Shown here one piece after another: positions 1 to 8,360 of a stretch of 14,011 nucleotides of DNA. Source of the DNA: Octopus sinensis (taxonomy: Eukaryota); the NCBI RefSeq assembly GCF_006345805.1, contig NW_021825898.1, positions 1 through 14,011 on the forward strand, given 5' to 3'. The notes beneath the pieces are model-generated. The model made no database searches and was not told the origin of the DNA. It worked only from the letters and a program-made list of their open reading frames with translations. Both the position numbers and the translations under genes were made by a program. Numbering within the stretch: the first letter of the stretch is position 1; every line of letters begins with the position of its first letter.

Positions 1-390
1 TTATGAAGAAAGGCTGAAGAACGCTCGACTTTATTCTCTAGAAAAACGCCGCCGCCGTGGTGATCTCATTCTCGCTCACAACATCATAAGCGAAAGAGCT
101 GTTCTTCACTCCTGCTCCAGAGCGTCGGCTGCGGGGTCATTCGAAAAACCTGCGACGATTTCATCTCAATCGAAGGAGAGGAGCTTTCTCCGTCCGGGTT
201 GCGGATCCGTGGAATAAGCTGCCAGACGAGAATGGTGAAGATGCCGACGACCGCTTTGTTCAAAGCCTCCCTTGACCTCAAGTGGCCTGAACTCTTTACA
301 TGAACACCACCCTGTACTTAACTCCATGTCCCCCTACATGGCCTTGCTTTTTGCTTTTGAGCCAAAAAATTAACTAACTAACTAACTAAC
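1..390 (+). mobile_element. 3' end of a CR1-clade LINE (ORF2 C-terminus, 3' UTR, tetranucleotide tail); runs off the left edge of the window
   Basis: Manual translation across two frameshifts: YEERLKNARLYSLEKRRRRGDLILAHNII / ELFFTPAPERRLRGHSKNLRRFHLNRRRGAFSVRVADPWNKLPDE / MVKMPTTALFKASLDLKWPELFT*, stop TGA at 301-303. This matches the CR1 ORF2 terminal pattern YEERL..L.SLE.RR.RGDLI...RGH...FS.RV...WN.LP...FK..LD. A short UTR follows, then (TAAC)5 at 371-390. Confidence 0.9.
2..303 (+). pseudogene. Frameshifted C-terminal fragment of LINE ORF2 (reverse transcriptase polyprotein)
   Basis: Motifs are conserved but spread over different frames, with shifts near ~95 and ~231. It is absent from the ORF track because it has no start codon. 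Confidence 0.85.
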
Positions 391-585
391 TTGATATCGG
401 ACTGCAGCTCAATAAAAGAGACGAGCTGTGGAGTAGCGCGTCTATCAAACAGCGACCACCGTCAAGGAAATGCTGGTGATATCGTAGCCTCAGCGCATGT
501 CTACACATCATCAGCCACGGCGTTTAAGAAAACTCAGGAACAGGAAACGATTAGAGAATGTAAGATGTCGAGCAAGAAAGGAGGC

Positions 586-790
586 CTTCTAGATATAGCA
601 GCCAAACCTTAAAATTGCATGCTACTGCCATGACAAAAGCGAAGTACATGGTAAAATATAATCGTAGATACGCCATGCCCGAGAGAAAAAACAGGAGGGT
701 CATGGCACTCGTCCATGTTCCATATTGTGATTTTGTATCGTGATGTGAGCCCTTGACTTACGATAGGATCGTAGACCGGGAGCCGTGTTG
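586..790 (+). repeat. Highly decayed interspersed repeat (family C), probable plus-strand copy
   Basis: CTAGATATAGCAGCC (589-603) and AAAAA...GTCATGGC (686-706) occur in the same order as on the reverse complement of 12495-12680 (GCTAGAAATAACCGC ... AAAAAGAACATGTCATGGC). The similarity is patchy. Confidence 0.35.
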
Positions 791-889
791 AAATACAGTG
801 ACTCCTTGAGCATATGAATAGTTGGGAAAACCCATGCCTCTACAGATCTGACCACCACCGATTTCTCCCAAACAGAGGAGTGGAAATGA

Positions 890-960
890 ATGTGTGTGTA
901 AGAGAGAGAGAGATAGAAAAAGAAAGAGAGAGAGAGAGAGAAAAGCAGAGGAAGAGACAG
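890..960. repeat. (GT)n/(GA)n compound microsatellite
   Basis: Direct reading. Confidence 0.9.
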
Positions 961-1449
961 AAAAGCGGACAAAAGTCTGAAGTCTTAAGAATAACAATAA
1001 GAATAACCATGGTTTCATAGGCAATGTCAGAAATCTTTATTTTCATATGCACGGCAAAATCGATGGTGCGTCGAACAAATAAAGTAGTAGTGGATTGGCA
1101 GAATGCATTGAGTCTTGTGAAAATTGCGCTGCAATGGCAAAATCGGCAGAGCATCTCAGAGGAGTTCTAGCAATGACAATCGTATCTCTCTCTCTCCTTT
1201 TCTCTCCCACTCCCTATCTCTCTCCTCTCTCTCCTTCCCTGTCATTTCTTCTCTGTGTATGTGTGTTTTTCTTTAAATACACGACTATGTTCAAGTCACA
1301 TCTTTTCTATTTTAATGTGTTCTCCTTTCATATTGTCTTATTAGCATTTTTACAGATGGTCAGGAACAATAGAGCTGCAAAATCCTTAATCGACTTCTCC
1401 AGATCTTCAGTCTTATTTACAAGAATTGATTATATTTGGTGCCTCTCTG

Positions 1450-1572
1450 TCTGTTTGTCTCTCTCTCTTTCACTTCATCTCTCTCACTCTCTCTCCATAT
1501 ATACATGTATATATATGCACATACATATGTATGTTACACACGCACACATACACACAACACACACATATATAC

Positions 1573-1615
<43 letters not shown>
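1450..1615. repeat. Compound microsatellite: (CT)n, (TA/CA)n, pure (GT)n at ~1576-1615
   Basis: Direct reading. Confidence 0.95.
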
Positions 1616-1616
<1 letters not shown>

Positions 1617-1720
1617 TTTGAAAGGGTTTTTGACGTTTCGAGCATAGCTCTTCGTCAGAAAAGAGAACGGAAAAGTCCAGAAAAGGAAAGATATCACCAA
1701 CAGCACGCGTATAACTACAT
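1616..1720 (-). mobile_element. Truncated short hammerhead-bearing element (Penelope-like terminal repeat / retrozyme-like), homologous to 8937-9050
   Basis: The reverse complement reads cgcgtg..gttggtgat..cttttctggacttttccgttctcttttctgacgaagagctatgctcgaaacgtcaaaaaccct. This is colinear with cgcgtg..gttggcgat..ctctggatttttccttctcctatgtttccgacgaagatctccgctcgaaatgttataccct at 8946-9048. Confidence 0.75.
1628..1662 (-). ncRNA. Minimal type I hammerhead ribozyme motif, intact core
   Basis: Minus strand: UUUU-CUGACGA-A-GAGC-UAU-GCUC-GAA-ACGU-C-AAAA. This gives stem I (U4/A4), the CUGANGA core, stem II (GAGC/GCUC), GAAA, palindromic stem III ACGU and a GUC cleavage triplet (C17 at 1632). Confidence 0.8.
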
Positions 1721-1740
1721 GATTGAAGTGGATATGTATA

Positions 1741-1977
1741 TATTCTTTTATTCTTTTAATTGCTTCAGTCATTTGAATGCGGTCACGCTGGAGCACTGCC
1801 TTTAGTCGAACAAATCGACCCCAGGACTTATTCTTCCTGAGCCTAGTACTTATTCCATTGAGTCTCTTTTGTCGAACAGCTAAGTCACGGGGACGTAAAC
1901 ACACCAACATCGGTTGTCAAGCGAAGTTAGGAGGGATAAACACAGACACACATACACACATACACATACACATACAC

Positions 1978-2038
<61 letters not shown>

Positions 2039-2172
2039 CGACGGGCTTCTTTCAGTTTCCGCCTACCAAATCCACTCACAAGGCTTTGGTCAGCCCGAGG
2101 CTATAGTAGAAGACACTTGCCCAAGGTTCCATGTGGTTCATAAGCAAGCTACTTACCACACAGCCACTATGC
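1741..2172 (-). mobile_element. SINE family A copy 1 (tRNA-derived head, CORE-like middle), B box deleted
   Basis: The reverse complement is colinear with 6696-7102. It has A box TGGCTGTGTGG, a 25-nt deletion spanning the B box, an internal (CA/TA)n expansion at ~1945-2038 and a TAAAAGAA-type tail at 1741-1758. Confidence 0.9.
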
Positions 2173-2663
2173 TATTTCTAGCAGATCGAGCGACTGCGTG
2201 GATGTCCTATCGCTGTTTCGATAATTACTAATCAAGTACTGAGATCGATTAAATCGATTGTTATTTTTTCCACCCGCCATGCCGAAAATACTTCTGACAT
2301 TGTACGATATTACATCAGTAAACACAGCAACAATCATGACAACAAAAGCAACGACAATATATAAAACAGCTATTTCCATATGAATTGTTATTTTAAGACT
2401 AACAAACCAGACATTTAGTACAAGCGTTAGAGTCTAGAATAATCTCAATTGAACCTATTTTCCCCCCTCAATTCCGTGGACATATTTCTTTAATAACAAA
2501 GGAAATTAAAATGAAATTCGATAAGTTCTTTGATTAGTTTTGTTTATTCAGGATTAAAATTTTTTTTTTATCCACAAATTGATCGTTTTCTTTATTTTAA
2601 AGAAATGTACTTGTGGGGAAGAAATGGCAAGGATGACATATTGACTTTGAATATTACTGAAAC

Positions 2664-2747
2664 ATAATTCTTTCTACGGTCGGCACATTCCTGGAATTCT
2701 GAGGGGAGGAGATCTAGTCAGATACATCGACCCCAATGCTTCACTGG
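2664..2747 (-). mobile_element. SINE family B, old copy, 3' half
   Basis: The reverse complement ccagtgaagcattggggtcgatgtatctgactagatctcctcccctcagaatt...tgtgcc..gtagaaagaattat aligns with the 3' half of the copy at 10710-10791. Confidence 0.7.
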
Positions 2748-2960
2748 CAGAAACGTTAGCACGACGGGCGAAATGCTTAGCAGTATTTCGTCTGCCGTTA
2801 TGTTCTGAGTTCAAATTCCGCCGAGGTCGACTTTGCCTTTCATCCTTTCGGGGTCGATAAATTAAGTACCAGTTACGCACTGGGGTCGAAATAATCGACT
2901 TAATCCGTTTGCCTGTCCTCTCTGTGTCTAGCCCCTAGTGGGTAGTAAAGAAATAGGCAT
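2744..2960 (+). mobile_element. SINE family B, young copy (tRNA-like head + Nin/Deu-like domain)
   Basis: A-box-like TGGCAGAAACG (2745-2755) and B-box-like GAGTTCAAATTCC (2807-2819), then GGTCGACTTTGCCTTTCATCCTTTCGGGGTCGATAAATTAAGTACCA, which resembles the Nin/Deu SINE central domain. Homologous to four other segments in the window. Confidence 0.88.
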
Positions 2961-3119
2961 TATTTTTTTATCGATTTTTCCCTTTAATTTTATAGAATTT
3001 GCCTTCTATCCGAAAGGAGGAAATGCAAAATCGAGCTTAGAGGAATATGAACTAAGAACAGGACGGAATGGTGCTAAGCATTTAATCCAGCGTGCTAACA
3101 ACCCCGTCAGCTCGTCACC
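2961..3119 (-). mobile_element. SINE family B, old copy, 5' half (continuation of 2664-2747)
   Basis: The reverse complement ggtgacgagctgacgg..gttagcacgctggattaaatgcttagcaccattccgtc...agttcatattcc..tcgattttgcatttcctcctttcgg matches the family B head with many substitutions. Confidence 0.75.
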
Positions 3120-3122
3120 TCA

Positions 3123-3388
3123 ATATTCTTTTCTGCTCTTGGCACAAGATCCACGCAATTGGTACTTAATTTATCGACTCCGAAGGATGGAAGGCAAAGT
3201 CGACCTCGGCGGAATTTGAACTCAGAACGTAACGGCAGACGAAATACCTATTTCTTTACTACCCACAAGGGGCTAAACACAAAAGGGACAAACAAGAACA
3301 GACAAACGGATTAAGTCGATTACATCGACCCCAGTGCGTAACTGGTACTTATTTCATCGACCCCGAAAGGATGAAAAGCAAAGTTGAT
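3123..3388 (-). mobile_element. SINE family B, headless copy with internal tandem unit (period 183 bp)
   Basis: The GGTACTTA..TTATCGAC.CCGAA.GGATG.AA.GCAAAGT block occurs at 3161 and again at 3344. Near-identical to the reverse complement of 2784-2960. Confidence 0.88.
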
Positions 3389-3502
3389 TTTTGTTGTCCG
3401 CTCACATACACACACAAATTGATTGCCTAATAGATATATCGATACATACATATAGGTAAATAGATATTATCTTTTATGGTCTAATTCTAAAGTTATTTGT
3501 GT

Positions 3503-3505
<3 letters not shown>

Positions 3506-3539
<34 letters not shown>
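3506..3539. repeat. (TA)n microsatellite abutting the SINE A 3' end
   Basis: Direct reading. Confidence 0.95.
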
Positions 3540-3544
<5 letters not shown>

Positions 3545-3859
3545 TTAGTCTTTTGACGGCGGCCATGCTGGAGCACCGCTTCAAGTCGAACGAATCGAAC
3601 CCAAGACTCAGTCTTTGTAAGCCTAGTACTTATTCTAACGGTCTCTTTTGCCGAACCGCAAAGTTACGGGGACGTAAACATACCAGCATCGGTCGTCCAG
3701 GGATGATGGGAGGACAAGCGCAGATACACATATACATATGACTGGCTTCTTTCAGTTTCCGTCTACCATATCCAGTCATAATGCTATGGTTGACCCGAGG
3801 CTATCGTATGGTGTCAAGCGGTGGGACTGAACCCGAAACCACACAGCCACTCTTGCGCC
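3540..3859 (-). mobile_element. SINE family A copy 2, two internal deletions
   Basis: The reverse complement starts GGCGCAAGAGTGGCTGTGTGGT-TTCGGGTTCAGTCCCA (A-to-B box spacer deleted), lacks the TGGGCAAGTGTCTTCT segment, and is otherwise colinear with 6696-7102. Confidence 0.9.
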
Positions 3860-4099
3860 TATATATAAATTCTAATGAATACAATAATATATTAAATGTA
3901 TTATAATATAGGTGGCCCGTTAGCAATTAAAACCTGAAGGCAAATTAATAAAAAAGGGTACAAATTAGTACCGGAAATTGCTAGAAATAAGAGTTAAAAA
4001 CTACTCGATAAGCCACACAAAGCACTGACCTCATGAATTGACGAAAAGCGAAGGAGAGAGATAAAGCACCTTTCAATGAGGAGATAAAGTATCTATAGA

Positions 4100-4204
4100 A
4101 AAATAGATAGATAGATATGCATATATATATATATATATGTATATGTATATGTATATGCATGTATCTATGTATGATGTGTGTATGTATGTATGTATGTATG
4201 TATG

Positions 4205-4235
<31 letters not shown>

Positions 4236-4630
4236 GTGTGTGTATAATATTAAAGTTGATGGTTTATATTACATATCGCAGATTTATATATATAAACACA
4301 TACATAAATATATAGCTGGCTAGATAGATAGATAAATAGATACGTACATACATACATACATACAAACATACATAATACATACATACATACATACACATTT
4401 CCATACGTATGTACATACATGCAGATATATATATGTATATATATGTATATGTGTATGTATATATATAGATATAGATATAGATATATAAATATATATATAT
4501 ATACATGTTTATATATATTCTTGTATATATACATATTCCTGTGTGCGTGCGCGCGGGTACATATTAATATACATAACATATATGCATACGCACTAAATCA
4601 CTCGTCTCTGTATATATTTTATATACAAAG
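4100..4630. repeat. Low-complexity compound microsatellite field: (TA)n, (GTAT)n, (GATA)n, (CATA)n
   Basis: Direct reading. Confidence 0.9.
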
Positions 4631-5209
4631 AATCACGTGGTTCGCTCGTTTCTTCTTTTTTCTCTTTTTTTCTTTCCCTCTTTTATTCCTTCATCTCTAT
4701 ACATCCCCCTTATTCTACCTTCCCCTTCTCATTCTCATCCTTTCAATAGCTTCTAGAAAGTATCATTTTTGTTAAGATGAACTTTTCTTATTCTTATCGA
4801 ACAGTTTTTCTTTATTTTTTTTACTCATTTTATCGTTTTTAATGTTGTTGTTGTTTTTTATTGTTTTATTTTTCATTGGTTTCTTCTTCTTCTTCTTTGT
4901 CTATCTAATGTTAGCTGATTACCGGAAAAAAATGGTATCTTGTGAGACGATGGAACTGGGATTAATAGATGCCGTCTGTATCTAAACATGTCTATAAGCG
5001 AAGCTTTCTCTGGGAGTAAATTGTGCTCCCAATTACAGAGAAAGTCCAGCGAACCATTTCTCCTGGTTCCATTTGACTTATCCAATCCTTGATTCGTCTT
5101 GGCATTTCATTTGATCAACACAGCTTCAGCAGAAATTCATTCCACTCTCGTTCCCCTTCTCTCCTTTCCCACCTTCATCTATCTATCAATACACCTATCT
5201 GCCCGGTTA

Positions 5210-5423
5210 CACAACACACACACACACCACATACGCACACACACATACACACTCGCATACACATATGTATATGTGTGTGTTTGCGCGTGTTTGTGTGTGT
5301 GTGTGAATATATAAGTATGTCGATATATATGTGTGTGTATTATATATATGTATATGTATGTATATATGTACGTATAGATGTATATATAAATATATGCATA
5401 TATGCATATATATATATAGTGTG

Positions 5424-5468
<45 letters not shown>

Positions 5469-5587
5469 GCATATATGTAGATATATATATGTATATATAT
5501 GATATATAATATTCTAGTGTATAATATATTGCATAATATTATATGTATATATATATATACGCATATATGTATATATACATACATATA

Positions 5588-5622
<35 letters not shown>

Positions 5623-5637
5623 CAATACATATTATAT

Positions 5638-5668
<31 letters not shown>

Positions 5669-5670
5669 CT
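5210..5670. repeat. Compound (CA)n/(GT)n/(TA)n field
   Basis: Direct reading. Confidence 0.9.
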
Positions 5671-5744
5671 TTTTTATCTCTCTAGCTATCTTTGTACCGA
5701 TCTATCTTTATCGATCTACCTGTCGATACGTCTATGCCTAACTA

Positions 5745-5865
5745 CCTATCTCTCTCTCTCTCTCTTCTTCTCTCTCTTTCTCTCTCTTTCTTCTTCTTCT
5801 TCTCTCTCTCTCTCTGCCCCTTTCGTTTTCGATCTTCCCCTCTCCCTCTCTCTCCCTCCCTCTAT
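5745..5865. repeat. (CT)n/(CTT)n polypyrimidine tract
   Basis: Direct reading. Confidence 0.9.
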
Positions 5866-6328
5866 CTACCGCCAACGCTGAACACCGCAACCCTTTCCCT
5901 CATACAACAATGTTATGCATCTTCGTCTTAGCCGTCCATCCGTCCGTCCCACCAGCCGACCGGCCGGCCGGCCATCCGAACAAGCGAAAGAATTGAACTG
6001 ACTGACAGCAGGACCAACCGACCAACCTGCCAACCAATCAACTAATCACCTACCCATCCTGCTTTGCGTCCGTTTGCCAGCCTCGATCTTTCGATCGAAG
6101 AATTCACATAGCAGCGAGTTTCTTCTGTGGTAGTCGTTTCTTTGCCTTTTTACCCTCCATCACAGCAACAACAACAATAACAAAAAAAAAAAATGCAGCC
6201 TCCGCCGTCCACTCCAAAACCGCCATCACCATCACCATCACTACTGCCATCCCTATTTCATCCACCACCGATGCCGGCGTCGACGACACCACATATTCAG
6301 CATATCTTTCTTTGCTTATGTGATTGGT

Positions 6329-6600
6329 TTGTGTGTGTGTAAGAGTGCGTGTGTGCGTATACGAGTGTGTGTGTGTGTGTGTGTGCGTGCGTGCGTGTGC
6401 GTGTGTGTCTATACGAGTGTGTGTGTGTGTGCGCGTGTGGGTGCGTGTGTGTGTGTGTGTGTGTGTGGTGTGTGTGTTTGTGCAACTTAGAAATTTTTCC
6501 CATTTCTTTTTATAAGTTATTGAGTCCTGTACGGATGTATAACTATATATATATATATAATATATATAATATATAATAATATATATATATATATCTATAT
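6329..6600. repeat. Degenerate (GT)n/(GTGC)n tract followed by (TA)n tract
   Basis: Direct reading. Confidence 0.9.
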
Positions 6601-6695
6601 AATGTCTTTTTATATATTTACTGTCTTTTTAAATATATATATATATATATTAAAAGACATTATGTGTAACATGCATACAAACATACATATATATA

Positions 6696-7102
6696 GGTAT
6701 GGGTGGCTGTGTGGTAAGTAGCTTGCTAACCAGCCACATGGTTCCGGGTTCAGTCCCACTGCGTGGCATCTTGGGCAAGTGTCTTCTGCTATAGCCCCGG
6801 GCCGACCAATGTCTTGTGAGTGGATTTGGTAGACGGAAACTGAAAGAAGCCTGTCGTATATATGTATATATATGTGTGTGTGTGTATGTGTTTTGTGTGT
6901 CTGTGTTTGTCCCCCAAGCATTGCTTGACAACCGATGCTGGTGTGTTTACGTCCCCGTCACTTAGCGGTTCGGCAAAGAGACCGAGAGAATAAGTACTGG
7001 GCTTACAAAGAATAAGTCCCGGGGTCGATTTGCTCGACTAAAAGGCGGTGCTCCAGCATGGCCGCAGTCAAATGACTGAAACAAGTAAAAGAGTAAAAGA
7101 GT
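6696..7102 (+). mobile_element. SINE family A copy 3, essentially full length (~405 bp)
   Basis: Pol III A box TGGCTGTGTGG (6704-6714), B box GGTTCAGTCCC (6747-6757), CORE-like CTTGGGCAAGT, internal (TA/TG)n at ~6857-6900 and tail (GTAAAAGA)2 at 7085-7100. TA repeats flank both sides. It may correspond to a published octopus OK/OR-type SINE; I cannot assign which. Confidence 0.92.
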
Positions 7103-7200
7103 GTATATATATATATATATATACGTATTTGTATATGCATGTATGTATGTATGTATGTATGTATGTATGTATGTATGTATGTATGTGTGTGTGTGTGTAC
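7103..7200. repeat. (TA)n-(GTAT)n-(GT)n compound microsatellite
   Basis: Direct reading. Confidence 0.95.
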
Positions 7201-7327
7201 ATATGAATATGTACACTTTCGTTATTTTTTCCCTTCAATTTTGTTTTTATTAATCAAGTCACGTCACGCATGAAATAGAAGAGAATCTAGCAGTGTCTCA
7301 ATATCGATATCAATGTTTATTTCATAT

Positions 7328-7371
<44 letters not shown>

Positions 7372-7781
7372 TATATATGTGCGTGTGTGTATATATATGT
7401 ATGCTTAACTAATTATGTATTCATATATGTGTGTGTGGGCGTTCAGAGACAGAGAGAAAGAGAGAGAGAGAGATGTATGTACCTATGTTTATACACACAC
7501 ACACATACATACATACGTACATACATACATACCTGTATGTATATATGTATATATATATATATATATTTTGGGGAAATAGAAAGATGAATAATCTTGTTGC
7601 AGATTAATCCAAAGTTTAACCGATACCTTGGTAGCAAAAATCACAGCAGAAGACAGCACGGTTTGAGGTACAACCATATGGTGTTGCAACCGTGCGTTAG
7701 TGCGGATAATTGAATTTTAATATTATTAGTGAATTGAAGAAATGGAGTTGAACGAAGATTGAACAGAAATCTTTTATTGCA

Positions 7782-7858
7782 TTCTACACGTGTTCGAAAG
7801 CCACAATTTACAAATTCCGATTGAATAAGGAGACCATATGTGTCTTTCTCTTCAGGAA
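7782..7858 (-). ncRNA. Hammerhead-like motif with long stem II, one core A missing
   Basis: Minus strand: UUC-CUGAAGA-GAAAGACACA-(33 nt)-UGUGGCUUUC-GA-ACACGUGU-A-GAA. Stem II pairs 9/10, stem III is the palindrome ACACGUGU, and stem I is 3 bp. AATAAA lies just downstream (plus TTTATT 7773-7778). Confidence 0.6.
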
Positions 7859-8160
7859 GAAATAGGAATTCCGTTGGCAGAACAAAAACAGAACAGAGGC
7901 GCAGCAAAACAAATCGAACGAGGAGGCTCCTAAGAGCCCATGGCCAAACTGTTTATCAAAGTATGTTGAGAACGGGTGGCGGGTGCGTTGAAGGTATTTA
8001 CAGGTCAGGCAGCGGTCAATCCGGTGGGTGAGAGCACGGGGTGCGTAGATGTTCTTTGTGACCGAAACTAAGGTTCTGACTAATTTAAGAATATTAGGTG
8101 TATTATATGGGGCGAGACAAATCTACTTAGAAACATGTGTGTGTGAACTGTTCTATATGT

Positions 8161-8360
8161 GCGCGGCCGTAAATTGGTAAAAAGCGCTATACAATGGTCC
8201 CTGCTGAAAAATCCGTCAGGCGGCAGAAAATATTTTATGTGTTCGTGTGTTCGTTTAATCGCGCGGCCGTAAGTTGGTAAAAAGCGCTACACAATGATCA
8301 CTGCTGAAAAATCCGTCAGGCGGCAGAAAATATTTTATGTGTTCGTGTGTTCGTCTAATC
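8161..8360. repeat. Tandem duplication, 2 x 100 bp, 5 substitutions, no indels
   Basis: 8161-8260 versus 8261-8360 differ at unit positions 13, 30, 37, 40 and 95. Confidence 0.97.

Noticed and set aside
371-390. Telomeric repeat
   Set aside because: TAAC is not TTAGGG/CCCTAA; it sits directly at the CR1 3' end, where short tandem tails are expected.
391-612. 73-aa ORF continuing the LINE
   Set aside because: Lies beyond the LINE tail, starts with TTG and has no recognisable motif.
1356-1438. Possible exon after polypyrimidine tract and TTTTACAG acceptor (MVRNNRAAKSLIDFSRSSVLFTRIDYI)
   Set aside because: Weak donor (GTGCCT), unrecognisable peptide and no neighbouring exons. Cannot be supported without RNA-seq.
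6696-6770. tRNA gene
   Set aside because: A/B boxes are present but there is no clean cloverleaf, and the sequence continues into a body repeated three times in the window; it is a SINE head.
700-7700. Numerous 60-236 aa ORFs (e.g. 1095-1805, 5089-5502, 4419-4775)
   Set aside because: Dominated by YI/CV/HT/LS dipeptide runs from microsatellites, or read through SINEs; no domain-like content.
8161-8360. CRISPR array, or hammerhead from CTGCTGA...GAAAA in each unit
   Set aside because: Two contiguous units with no spacers, in a eukaryotic context. The core is non-canonical and stems I/II do not flank it properly.
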